A stretch of DNA of 64,000 nucleotides. It comes from Psammoneis japonica (taxonomy: Eukaryota). The notes below the pieces were generated by a model that did not search any database, was not told the origin of the DNA, and saw only the letters and a list, made by a program, of their open reading frames with translations. The position numbers were made by a program, and so were the translations under genes. The stretch is taken from NCBI GenBank assembly GCA_008632985.1, contig QPGO01000196.1, positions 1-64,000 of the forward strand. Reading direction: 5' to 3'. This document shows, one piece after another, positions 1 through 11,843 of the stretch (its first letter is position 1; every line of letters starts with the position of its first letter).

Positions 1-415
1 GCACTAGGCGCTGAAAAAGAAGATGTGACTTTGTCGTTGTGAAAATTATGAGCTAGTTTAGAGTAGAGAAAGTGGGATCGTGCAAATAGGGAATCTTGCC
101 AAATCCCTATTCATTCGCATTTGGATCGTATCAAATCGATCGTGCGTTCGCATTATGGATCGTGCGAATCAAGCCATCATGCGCTATGCACGAGTGATGT
201 CATCGTGTGGAATCACGCCACCATCGTGGGCCAGACGACGGGCTAGTGTGCTTCACACGGATGCTCTCTTAGCATCCTTCTGGAATTGCCTAAGACCTAG
301 AGCCACGCCCTCCTGTGGTCGTGCTTCCCAGGTACGCATTAACAATGCTATGTTGCCACGTACAAGAGGCTTATGCACAGTCTCGCCATGTTGTCCAGCA
401 GCGAGGCATACTGCA
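1..415 (-). mobile_element. Gypsy-A LTR, minus strand, cut by the window edge
   Basis: Reverse complement of the 432-bp LTR at 11844-12275. Ends ...gaggcatactgca at 415, followed by a C18 run at 416-433. Confidence 0.95.
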
Positions 416-729
416 CCCCCCCCCCCCCCCCCCTTGACTTCAAGCTGCATGCCACAACTCAGGTTGTGCCAAATGTCCTGGATCTCCAGGAGGCATGATG
501 GCGCTGCAGCTGGCACTCGCCTGTTGGGCCCTTGTTCTTTCTGATTTTGTCAACAGACAACCAGAGTGCCAACACTCAACATTTGCCACACCACAGCAAC
601 AAGCCTGTCACCTTGCTCTGCTGCCCCCCTCCTTGCCCACATTGGCCCATCACCTTTTTCCATCAATCGTGTGCCCGCCCACCCAGCACCACCTTTCCTC
701 CTTCTGTGGCCGCCAAAGTCTGCGCGCAA

Positions 730-1161
730 CTTGGCCATTTAACAGCCTGCTCGGAGAGTGCAACATCTGTGCCTAGAGGTTCGAGTATGTCACGTCCAAT
801 GACCACATCGTACCGTCCTAGGTCTCCATCACAGTTCAGGAAATGTCATGTCCATTCTACAGCCCGCCGACGTGGAAAATGTACCAGCGGCAGTGTCCCA
901 GGTCTTTTTGGGTGACTCTTTATGTCTCAGTCTTTTCGCATACTTAGAGGACACTAGGGTGCCACTAGCACCAGTATCTAAAAGAGCCTTTACAATCTGT
1001 CTATCCTCTTTACCGTGCCTGGTATTCAGAGAGACAAACAGCATGGGACACAAGTGCTCCGACTTAGAGTGTTTGCGCGATTGGCCTACAACATGGCTAC
1101 GTGAGTACTGTACTTGAGCGTTGAGACATTCGTCCAAGCTACTAAAGTTATGTATGTCACT
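730..1161 (-). pseudogene. Gypsy-B pol N-terminus (aspartic protease), degenerate
   Basis: Minus strand encodes VKALLDTGASGTLV, GRYDVVIGRDILEPLG and VKWP, homologous to the Gypsy-A protease (LLDSGAS, YDMIIGRDIL, IEWP). It joins the gag at 18475-19560 once the 1162-18452 insertion is removed. Confidence 0.85.
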
Positions 1162-1287
1162 TGCAGTGTGCCTCGCTACTGGACAACACGGCAAGACCGT
1201 GCATAAGCCTCTTGTACGTGGCAACATAGTATTGTTAACGCGTACCTGGGAAGCACGACCACAGGAGGGCGTGGCTCTAGGTCTTAG

Positions 1288-1959
1288 CCCCACTCGGGCA
1301 AAAAATCAAACCACTCAGTGGTTTGCAACTTGAGCAGCGTAAAACTCGCAACTGACACAATAAAGTAGTACCTACACAGATACAACCTTTTAACAGAGGC
1401 AAAAAGCCATTGTTGTCAATGCATCATGTTGTCAGCGGCCACTCGTGTGTGGAGCTCGGTCGCCGTCAAATCACCGTCATGGTCGTTGTCGGTGATTTTG
1501 TCACCCCGTAGAAACAACCGTAGGGCAGTACCAGAAAAAAATATCGAACCATTGAGCGGTTCGCTACGTAGATAAGTACCGGGAGCCCCGTAGAATTGGT
1601 GAACCATGAGGTGGTTCGGGAGGATGAGCGTAGAAATATACGTGGCAATTTGTACAAGAGGGTCGAACGCAAAATTGAACCAGAAAAATGAGGCTCACGA
1701 TGAACAAGACGGTAGCAGTACGGAGAAGTTTAAGAACACAGTAAACCACTAAAATAAAGCATGCGTGTTGTCAAACAGATGTTGCTGTATTGACTGATGT
1801 AATGTTATTGTAGATATCTCATTATCTTTTACACTTTTACCCATCGTCTGTCGGTTCGTTTTTGGCTTGCCGCGAACCACTTGATGGTTCGGGGCAGGAA
1901 TCGCGCGCATTCGTGATTTCGCGCGGCGAACCACTGCATGGTTCGCGCTGGGAGTGGGG
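1288..1959. mobile_element. Non-autonomous TIR element, piggyBac-like ends, 672 bp
   Basis: Interrupts the A1 LTR at gtc|ttag|gcaattc. TSD TTAG at 1284-1287 and 1960-1963; TIR CCCCACTC...GAGTGGGG. Five copies of a palindromic AACCAn5(T/C)GGTT motif (~1309, 1547, 1601, 1874, 1928). Confidence 0.88.
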
Positions 1960-2269
1960 TTAGGCAATTCCAGAAGGATGCTAAGAGAGCATCCGTGTGA
2001 AGCACACTAGCCCGTCGTCTGGCCCACGATGGTAGCGTGATTCCACACGATGACATCACTCGTGCATGGCGCGTGATGGCTTGATTCGCACGACCCATAA
2101 TGCGAATGCACGATCGATTTGATACGATCCAAATGCGAACGAATAGGGATTTGGCAAGATTCCCTGTTCGCACGATCCCACTTTTTCTACTCTAAACTAG
2201 CTCACAATTTTCACAACGACAAAGTCGTAACACATCTTCTTTTCAGCGCCTAGCATATACATAGGGCAC

Positions 2270-2281
2270 AGTAATATTACT
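2270..2281 (+). promoter_or_regulatory. 12-nt perfect palindrome AGTAATATTACT at the PBS position of Gypsy-A
   Basis: Starts 1 nt after the LTR end (2268), with no TGG tRNA-CCA complement. Mutated versions at 12277-12288 and 33007-33018. Function is inferred. Confidence 0.6.
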
Positions 2282-2329
2282 CCCGCATGTTGTGCGAGGT
2301 AACGAAATCTACAGAAACGAAACTACGAA

Positions 2330-3406
2330 ATGTTGGTAGGACCGACAAATCTCAAAACGACCATGAAGAAGCGGATTAAGCCGCCGATTCCGTTCGCACG
2401 GCCGGAGAAGAAAGAGCTACAGCAGGGCGAGTACCAGACGTTCAAACTATGTAACAACCCTACTGATCCGGATAGTCCAACGCACGAGATGGGCATCCCG
2501 TGCCTTTCTACGGCTACATGCGAGACACTCCTAATCTTTCTACGCAACGTGGATCGCGTGCACGAAGGACAAAACATGACGACCGGGCCAGCGAAATTTG
2601 CCCTTATGCGTGACCTACTACAGGGCGATGCTCTGACGTCATTCAATGATGCCGCTGACAAGCAGGCATCCCAAACCAATGCTGCATACGCAGCATGCAT
2701 CGCGAAGCTAAAGGAAAGTATCTTCCCACATAGGGCGGCACTATTGCAGAAGCGTTGTCTGAGGCGCTTCATGTGCAAGCCCGCAGAGGTTTCTACTCGT
2801 GACTACGTCGCGAGGGCCATTGAAATTAACGGCTATATCTCTCAGTTTCCACCCGTGACGGAGGATGGAGAAGCACCGGCACCATTGCCTAATGACGAAC
2901 TATGCGATGTGTTCGAGTACGGTGTGCCAAACGCATGGCAGAAGTTCATGACGCTACAGAATTTTGACCCGTTGGCGCATACTGTCACCGAATTTGTACA
3001 GTTCTGCGAGCGCATCGAGCAGGTCGAGCTTACCGAAGGTAACCTGGACCAACATGCTGAGGTTCCACGTAATCGGGGACGTAGAACGGACAATCCTGAG
3101 TCGTTGATCACGACCCAATGGAACACCCAGAAGTCATGTATGCTACACGGGACTAACTGTGGACATCATACGGAGGATTGCCGTCAGCTCAAGCACCACG
3201 TGAAACGTGTCAAGAATGGACATTCCAATAACGGAGGCAGCAAGCCTAATACAAAACCTCGGAATGAGGAAGACATTAATACTCTCATCGGATCGAAGGT
3301 CGAGGAGTTCTTTGCCAACGCTCAGAAAAAGCACAAGGCACGCGAGGAGGAGCTTAATCACTTCCGCGACCTCAACTTAAGTGATTCCGAAGATTCGGAC
3401 ACCTGA
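2330..3406 (+). CDS. gag: Gypsy-A Gag (A1)
   Basis: 358-aa ORF directly after the 5' LTR, with a C-terminal CxxHx4GHx4C knuckle. Near-identical to 12337-13413 and 40269-41195. Confidence 0.9.
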   Translation: MLVGPTNLKTTMKKRIKPPIPFARPEKKELQQGEYQTFKLCNNPTDPDSPTHEMGIPCLSTATCETLLIFLRNVDRVHEGQNMTTGPAKFALMRDLLQGDALTSFNDAADKQASQTNAAYAACIAKLKESIFPHRAALLQKRCLRRFMCKPAEVSTRDYVARAIEINGYISQFPPVTEDGEAPAPLPNDELCDVFEYGVPNAWQKFMTLQNFDPLAHTVTEFVQFCERIEQVELTEGNLDQHAEVPRNRGRRTDNPESLITTQWNTQKSCMLHGTNCGHHTEDCRQLKHHVKRVKNGHSNNGGSKPNTKPRNEEDINTLIGSKVEEFFANAQKKHKAREEELNHFRDLNLSDSEDSDT

Positions 3407-3516
3407 GAAGGGGGCCGACATGACACAGGTAGTTTTAATGCATTAGATGAATGTACAAATGAACAACTGAATTACCATCGTACACGTGTTGTAGGCCAAT
3501 CCCGCAAACGAGTTAA

Positions 3517-4048
3517 CGTATTCGCACAACGAGCTGATGGATGGCAAGACGATTTGACATTCTGAATTTTTTTGTACTGGAAACTTCGTGTGCGCTACAC
3601 AAGCATCGCTAAAAATCGGCGACATGACGGCGGTGCGTTGTCGTAATGATGGCGACGACATCGACGTGTCCTGGAGTCTTTGAGCATTATAGACATTTAG
3701 ATTATTAAATTTACGAACATATAAAGTCATGAAATAGACCAGGAGCAGCCTTCGTTCAATCGCAAAACGTCACACCAATGCTGAGCTCTGTTTTTTGACT
3801 GTCATTTGATGCATTCAATTATCGAACGATTATGAGCTCGTCCGGGTAGCTTTCTTTACGTATTGATGTTCTTAAGAGCATTGTTGATAACGCCATTAAG
3901 TGCACATTTTAAAGTTGTTCTGTAAGACAGTCAGAAAAATGTCATCATCATCGTCGGCGTCGACGGCAATTTGTCGCGCAAATCACAAAAAAAGCACGAC
4001 AGTCGTCTGTCCGACATTGCGCTACTGTGCGCTGGTTGTGCGAATGCC
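3517..4048. mobile_element. Non-autonomous TTAA-targeting TIR element (Kolobok- or piggyBac-type), 532 bp
   Basis: Empty site cgagTTAAaaagac is seen in A2 and A3. TSD TTAA at 3513-3516 and 4049-4052; imperfect 18-bp TIR (cgtattcgcacaacgagc vs ggcattcgcacaaccagc). Confidence 0.88.
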
Positions 4049-4222
4049 TTAAAAAGACTCATCTCACTCCAATCTTGTTTATAGCTATGAATGCTAAACA
4101 TGGCAAGGGCAAGACTCAAACCATTAAGGCACTGCTAGATAGTGGCGCCAGCAGTGCCCTACTCGACAGTCGACACTGTAAGCATCTGCGAAGCCATTCA
4201 ACGGCTGAGACAAACTGGACTA

Positions 4223-4764
4223 GGAAGTTGGTGACAAAAGTTCGAACTTTTTGGGTTCGATTTTTTTTAGGCCAAAAAATTCCCAACTCTAGATTCCAGA
4301 GCGTTTGCCCTCAATCCTCATGCACTGGTGCAATTGTTTATAGCAACTCCGGCGGTCATTCATCGAATAATGGTTGAGAAATCATTGGTTGAAAAGGGCG
4401 ATTTTTGGGGGGGTTACAAAAGTCCGAACTTTTTTCTACGTATTTTCTGTACTGCTTCTACGTGAGAGTTTTGGTTCACTCGATCGCGCGACTTCTGGCG
4501 ATTTCGACTATCACGAAATAGAACTGTTTGATGCCAGATACGACCGAGAAGACATGTCTCAGGGTCAAAAAATACGTCAAACAAACACTGACACACAGTG
4601 TGACACATAAAGCCTTAATGTAATGAACATCTGGTAGTCATAGCTACCATAATGGCAAGAACAACGGACAATCAGGGTGCCTCCACGTAGCCACCGTATT
4701 GTTTCTACGTGGAAATAAAAAGTTCGAACTTTTGTAAAAGTTCGGACTTTTGTAACCAACTTCC
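4223..4764. mobile_element. Non-autonomous TA-targeting TIR element (MITE), 542 bp
   Basis: Empty site ggacTAcggt is seen in A2 and A3. TSD TA at 4221-4222 and 4765-4766; ~29-bp TIR ggaagttggt(g/t)acaaaagt(t/c)cgaactttt. Internal repeats of the palindrome AAAAGTTCGAACTTTT. Confidence 0.9.
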
Positions 4765-5577
4765 TACGGTAGCAGGCTCGTTCAGTACGTCTAACGACTG
4801 TACCGTTAAATTTCGGTTACCAGAATTATCCGAAACTGCAGAACTTAAACATGCCGTCCACGTACACAACGGAAAGTTGGGCAAGTACGACATGATTATT
4901 GGACGTGACATTCTGGAGACACAAGGCATTGACATTGTCTTCTCTAAGCAGATGATAGAGTGGCCATTAGTCAATGGAGAAGCACCAATGAGGCACGTAG
5001 ATGCTACGGTAAAAACCTCCTTCTATCTTCAAGATCCAGAAGCCTTATCTTCGGAAACCGACCGGATTTCATGTATTTTAGACGCTAAGTACGCGCCGGC
5101 CTGCCTCGAGGACATAACACGAGAGGCAATAGGACTTTCTACAGTTCAACAAAACGACCTTTTGGCACTATTAAATGCCACGAGTCCTTATTTGATGGGA
5201 CATTAGGAGAATGGAAGGGAGAACCCTACCATGTCCAACTCAAGGAGGGTGTAGAACCATACCACGCTCGTCCGTATAAAGTACCTCGTGCGTACGAAGC
5301 TACGCTACGTAAAGAAGTAGAACGCCTAGTACGTATCGGTGTTCTCAAACACGTTAACCGATCCCAATGGGCAGCTCCATCATTTGTCACACCGAAGAAA
5401 GACTTAACGGTACGCTTTATTAATGATTTGGGAGAGCTGAATAAACGGATCAAGCGATTGCCTTATCCGATTCCTCATATCCAAGATATGCTACTTAAGC
5501 TCGAAGGCTTTATGTGGGCTACATCGCTGGATTTAAACATGGGCCACCATCATATCCGATTGGATGCTGACAGCAAG

Positions 5578-8500
5578 TGCACTATGCTCGAAGAACGAGT
5601 GTAAACGAAAGTAGAACGAAGTTCAAAAAGTGAAAATTATGAGATTAAATTTTGCTCTGTGATTTTTGGTTTCTCCGAACGAGTTCTCAATGGCCTAAAG
5701 CTTCTGTACTGCTTCTACAGACAAAAGGCCTTTCGGAGAATATATTCGTGACAACAGATTGTCCGGATACGATTGCTATTGACACGTAAGATGTCAACAT
5801 CGTCAATCGATCGTATTTGCAATTCTCAACATCCGATCAACTCTGTGTGATCGTTCTGTCCTTTGTACGCATCCACGACTGTGGTGCGATTGACATATAA
5901 ATAATAAATAATCATAAATATGTGCATGACAGTCGCATGCTGCATTCGCCTCCCTAATTGCACATTAGAGTCATTTGTTAAGTGGATTATTTGACGGACA
6001 TTGACAGTGTCAACAATGTCTCCACGTTCACTGTATTGTGCCATTGGCAATGACTGTTGTTGTTATAGGCCATCATACACAGGGCCATTTCATTTTCCAA
6101 ATGTCTTTCGAGAGCATCATGGTTTGTCTCATGTTCATTTGGACACACGGACCAATTGTCCTGCTGTTCTTTCATGGTGTCGATTGTACATAGCATCTTG
6201 CCCAGCACTCGATGTACGCACTTAATTGGCGTTCACTTACTTACTTGTGGATTTCGTGTAGTTTGGCCGGCTTACTTTATATGCCATGTTGCTCTGCTGC
6301 ACTACCACGTTTCATAAGTAATAATTAACGATGGTCAAGGATATGACCATTTCGTCTTGATGATCAATCCTGTGATGGTTGTGAATTCCATTATGGATTT
6401 TTTGTACTTCAATCATCTATCAGTTGGGTTTTAATCGTTATTTGGACGTTTCTTTTGACATACCGGTGTTATTTTGTCATTCCGAAGGCACTGCTTTCGT
6501 GCACTAAGTGGATAAATGTCCATTTTTCTTTTCTTTTTCTAGATCTTTGGCACATCTCGTGTGTCGACATGATGCACATTTTAATGTCTTGCCTCGTACA
6601 TTGTACAATACAACCGCACGGGTGTTGTGAGATTGTCTTTTGCCAGTGTAAAGTGGACACATATAATGTGCACCAATCTGTCACTGTTTTTTCCTAAATC
6701 GTCCTTTAAAAAGGCGATTTTATCCTTTATGATATGAGCATTTTTCGATCTCGCTCGCCTCCACGAAAAGTGTTCGTATGATATGTCGCGTCCGACAATT
6801 TGGAGGGAAATGTCTTTATCCCGTTTTAACGGTAGGACATTGTCGTAGGATTCAATTTTCTATAGTAAGTCGGCTGATCGCGTCTATCGCGACGATGTTC
6901 GCCTTGCCCTCGCTGTATTTTAATTCGGGACTGAAGTTTTCTATTGTAAGTCGTCAACGTATGACTTTGTCCGTTGTGTCTTATGATCCGTATATATATA
7001 AATCTGTTGGCCAAACAGTATATTTCGGAATTTTTTTAATAAGTGTTTTCACTATGGACAGAAGTTCTTTTTTCCGTTGTAACGTATAATGTTGAAATAC
7101 GTGTATGACAACAATATAGTTTTTGATTTGATACGCTCCATATTTTCGGAGACTTTTCGTTCCGTACTTGTGCTTTTGCCGTTTGACCTTTATTGAGGTG
7201 AATCTGGCTAGTATTGTACAGGAGATCGTTGAGACTACATGTCTCGACAGTAGCAACGTATAACGACGAGATGTCGTAGTGTTCTTTACGTTTTTCTCAT
7301 GTTGCGATGGCTTGAATCGCCTCCATTTTCTTTGTAATCGAATGCATGTCGTTACGTATGGAAGTCTTGATAGTTTATTTCAAGTTGAATAGTGAAGGAC
7401 TTTTGTTGTTAACCTTCTAAGCGACTGTTCTAGTCGTTTGAATGCCGCACTAAGCTGTCACTTGTACAGGTGATATTTTGAAGTCACCTTTTGTCAGGTA
7501 TAAACGATCATATACAGTCGTTCTGACTTCTGACAACTTCAAACCTGTTATGAGTTCACTCATGTGTTGTTTAAAAATGTCTGGGGCTCTATAGATTCTC
7601 ATTGGAAGTCTACAGCACTCATTTTCTCCCTACGGCATGATTTTTGTGTGAGCACGACGTGTGCTTTTTTTATTTGACATGGTGGCATTTCATATTTGAA
7701 TCAAATAGATTACATATATGAAACGTTCTTGCTTCAATGGTATTTCCTGAATATTGGGTAAAGAATGCACCACGTGTATGAACCTTTTACTAAGCTTCTG
7801 AGTGTCGGATACGGTCAAACTCGACCTGTTTTCTTTAGACAATGAGTCTCAGAGCGACTGACTCAGAGTAATTTCATTTTTAAGGCTTCAATCTTTCATA
7901 ATAGGTCAAATTCCTTTTGATTGGACGCCTCCAAAGACTATGACAGGAGAAGGTTCTCACGCGTCGTGGAATCGCGTCAGATTTTCCACGATGAGATCCA
8001 CTGGTTCTTCCCATGCATTCGTCTGAGGAACTTTTCAAAAAGATTTCAACCTCTTAAGAAGAAGATTGAGTTGGTTGTGTTCATTTGGGTTAGATGCATC
8101 GCCGTAGTTGTCACTTGATTAGGATCGATGGCGTGATAATGTGAGTCGAGGACCATTGGTTCCGTTATTAACTCTATTCACGGCGTCACATTTTTCAATG
8201 TGATCGGTTTTCAGCTTGAAAACATCGGCATCGAAGAGTGTATGAACATTCTTCATAGGGTAATTGCTTCTTCCCATTTGATTTCTTCAATTACCTAGTC
8301 TAATGTGATTACAAGACTGGACATTAAGTCGCGTCCCATGATCATGTTACTCGACCTTGAAGAAGATTTCGTGTTATCGACATATACTGTTTGAATGTCA
8401 GTGCGTCTTAAATTTGCATGGTGAGAACTGAATTCGGTTTCTACTGTCAGTCGTAAAGAGCTCACCCTTGGTTTCCCAAGTTTTTTGGTGGCGGATATTT

Positions 8501-10262
8501 TGGTTCTCAACTTTCGCACGAATTTGCGCAAAATTATGGTTGACGATGTTCCATTGTCGATAGGAACACGTAGATGCTTTTTTCTCTCCTTTCCCAAGGA
8601 AGTATTCATATAAATGATGACTCCTGGACTAGCATGAATTATTTCTGCCTTTTTTCTAGGCTTCCTAATATCCAGTAAAGCAAATAATTCGTGAATAGAC
8701 CCAAGTTGTTCTTCGGATTCACTCTGGATCATCCGATCAAATTGGCACTTTTCTTCACTGAGGGTATCAGAATCTGTTTCTTTGCCCTTATGCTCTTTTT
8801 CTTTGTTCGAGGAACTCGCTTTGAGTATTTTTTGAACCGCCTGATCAACCATGACGTTCAACTCTTTTTTGCGAGCGGCATTTTCGTTATCGCGACGCGA
8901 CCGCGTGCGATTGCCATTTGAACGGCGCATTTTTGGGTCTCTTTCAGAGTCACCCTTGCACTCTTTTGCTAGTTCATTTTCAGAATAGCTCCAATCCGTG
9001 ATGCAGGTATTCTTTTTTCAAAGATTAGACCTGGCATTCACCTTGGATTGTTCAGGTACCGTATGGGAGACCATTTTTGGAACCAAATTTGGAACCATTT
9101 TGGTTTTGGAATCAACAGCGCTATCAGAGCCTGATTTGATATGTTTTTTTGTCATAGACGTCCTCGCCGACCTCTAGACGACTCAAACCTCAATCAGCTC
9201 GTCAAGGGTATGATCCAATAATCCAAAATTTTGGACAGTAGGCTGATGCTGCCATCCTTGCGGTGCGAGTGATAGCTGACAGCTCACGGCTCGGTTTCCC
9301 GCTAGATTCAACTTAGAATCGATTGAAGGGTCGTATAGACGCTCTTCATTGACCTCTTGGGTCGAATAGGCACTCTCTTGCTGCTGAGAGCCTTGGTTTC
9401 TTCAGATCATCTCGAAAATAATAATTCCGATTCTGAAGTGCAATTCCTGGAAAGACATGAGATAAGAGACTCTTGAGGTACTTTCCAACGGTTCCTTCTT
9501 GCTCTTTGGACTGGAGGCTCGTTGATTCGGTCTCAAAAAACTCTCCAATAGTCTCTCCTTGCATGATAGACGTATTTCTCGGATCTGATCGACTCGGAAC
9601 TTGCATTCTCTGCAACCATGACTTGGTGTAGATTTTTTTGATAATGCGGTGTACTTGTAGAGTCCTTGATCCTTGGATGCTTGGAATGGACCGTGTTAGA
9701 ACGAATCTTGTCATTTGCTAGACGAAAAACAGTGTTCCATCTTGAGGCACTGCTCGGATTGAGCTTCTTCCACTCGGAAATCGATTCTAGCAGAACTGAT
9801 GCGATTCGTCCCTGTTTATAGAAGAATTTACAAAGGCACATTAGTTAAAATTTTCATTTTCCGTGCTTTTTACCTTCTGTGGTGTGTATACACAATGCAC
9901 TATGCTCCAAGAACGAGTGTAAACGAAAGTAGAACAAAGTTCAAAAAGTGAAAATTATGAGATTAAATTTTGCTCTGTGATTTTTGGTTTCTCCGAACGA
10001 GTTCTCAATGGCCTAAAGCTTCTGTACTGCTTCTACAGACAAAAGGCCTTTCGGAGAATATATTCGTGACAACAGATTGTCCGGATACGATTGCTATTGA
10101 CACGTAAGATGTCAACATCGTCAATCGATCGTATTTGCAATTCTCGACATCCGATCAACTCTGTGTGATCGTTCTGTCCTTTGTACGCATCCACGACTGT
10201 GGTACGATTGACATATAAATAATAAATAATCATAAATATGTATATAACAGTCGCATACTGCA
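5578..10262 (-). mobile_element. Gypsy-C non-autonomous copy (C1) with decayed internal region
   Basis: Two 367-bp LTRs (5578-5944, 9896-10262, TGCA...TGCA) with about 8 differences. TSD CAAG at 5574-5577 and 10263-10266. PPT gggaggcgaa on the minus strand at 5945-5954. The interior is a heavily frameshifted gag-pol (e.g. 8295-8930 spans the gag end and protease). Confidence 0.93.
9883..9894 (-). promoter_or_regulatory. 12-nt perfect palindrome TGTGTATACACA at the PBS position of Gypsy-C
   Basis: Lies 1 nt inside the 5' LTR boundary (9896). Mutated versions at 19953-19964 and 24821-24832. Function is inferred. Confidence 0.6.
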
Positions 10263-10266
10263 CAAG

Positions 10267-11843
10267 AAGCTCTGCACGCTCATCTTCCCGTGGGGCAAGT
10301 ATGAGATGCAGGCATTGCCCATGGGGTTATGTAATTCGCCAGACATTTTCCAAGAATGCATGTCAGGCTTATTTGAAGATCTATCGTTCGTTCGAACACA
10401 CTTAGATGACCTTCTCGTCGTGACGAAAGGCACCTATGAAGATCACCTCAACAAACTTGAAGAAGTCTTGTTGAGGGTCCAGAAAGCAGGACTAAAAGTT
10501 AACGCAACTAAATCTCACTTCTGTCAAACCCAATTAGAACACTTGGGTTATCTGGTCAACAGAGACGGAATACGACCAATACCTAATAAAGTCGACACCA
10601 TTAAGCGAATCGCGACCCCAACCAATAAACGCGACCTACGCTCATTTGTTGGTATGGTGAACTACTACAGTGACACGTGGATTAGACGTTCTGAAGTCTT
10701 GGCTCCGCCAACACGACTCGTAAGCGAGACTGTTAAGTGGGAGTGGACGTCCGTTGAAGACGAGGCATTCGAAACCGTTAAACGGGTGACATCGGATGAT
10801 GTTTTATTGTCACATCCTGATTTTAATAAACCCTTTGAGATACATGCCGATGCCTCTAAATATCAATTGGGAGCAGCTATATCCCAAGATAATAAACCTA
10901 TCGCCTTTTACAGCAGAAAGCTCAATAGTGCGCAATTAAATTATACAACAACGGAGAGAGAATTACTCGCCATTGTGGAGACATTGAAAGAATTTCGAAC
11001 GATTCTCCTTGGTCATCGTATAATTACACATGCTGATCATAAAAATCTTACGTACAAAGCATTCAATGCCGAGCGCGTTATGCGCTGGCGGTTAACATGC
11101 AAAGAATACGGTCCCGAACTACGCTGTGTTAAGGGCACCCATAACCTAGTCGCTGACGCTCTTAGTCGCCTTCGGCTAGCACCCAGCTTGCCTTCCGAGG
11201 CCAATCCGGATGTAAAAGACACTCCATTGAGTCGTCCTTTGCATGAAGCTTTTAATGCAGACGCGCAAGACGACGTATCTCTGCCCATTAGCTTCAAGCG
11301 CATTCAAAAAGAACAACAAAAGGACAAGCGTCTACTCTCACGAGCTAAGGACTCGTCCGACTACTCCATTCGCGCGTATTGTGGGGGAGGGTCATCACGA
11401 CAGTTAATCTGTCATAAGGACAAAATCGCAGTACCACAGTCATTGCAGATCCCGCTAACTGAATGGTGCCACGAGACACTGTGTCATCCAGGTGAGACAC
11501 GTACAGAAATATCTATTGCCCAGCACTTCTACTGGCCTAGCATGAGGTCTACGGTGCATTCTACGTGCGTTAAGTGCGATCGATGTCAGAAGACAAAACA
11601 CCGAACACAGCGTTATGGGAAGCTGCCAGAAAAGGTCGCAGAGATAATTCCATGGGAGACTCTATGCATGGATGTGATAGGGCCATATAAAATTCAAAGA
11701 CGCGGAAAGGACACTTTGCAATTATGGGCAGTCACAATGATTGACCCAGCAACCGGGTGGTTCGAGATTGAAGAAGTGTCTACGAAACGCGCAGACGTCG
11801 TAGCAAACGTCGTGGAACAAACGTGGCTATGCAGACATCCGTG
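10267..11843 (+). pseudogene. pol: Gypsy-A A1 pol, part 2 (RT, RNase H, integrase N-terminus)
   Basis: HLDDLLV (YxDD with Y->H), DASKYQLGA, ERELLAIVE, HETLCHPG...CVKCDRC. Cut at 11843 by copy A2. Confidence 0.92.

Larger units (their letters stand above)
3407..5577 (+). pseudogene. pol: Gypsy-A A1 pol, part 1 (protease and RT N-terminus), split by two TIR elements
   Basis: LLDSGAS near 4130, YDMIIGRDIL, then frameshifted RT motifs (SQWAAPSF, LDLNMG). Cut at 5577 by Gypsy-C. Confidence 0.9.

Noticed and set aside
80..544. Recurrent 110-160-aa ORFs antisense to the Gypsy-A LTR (also 1829-2173, 11694-12179, 16534-16899, 17992-18357, 32556-32909)
   Set aside because: They recur only because the LTR is repeated, start at non-ATG codons, run into unrelated flanks and show no domain.
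416..729. C18 run and TA-free unique sequence
   Set aside because: No recognisable coding or terminal feature, and the homopolymer length is unreliable.
1225..1240. Tf1-type self-priming of Gypsy-A through LTR gtagtattgtt pairing with the PBS-position sequence
   Set aside because: Needs three G:U pairs, lies only ~65 nt into the LTR, and I saw no equivalent in Gypsy-C; the palindrome explains both families.
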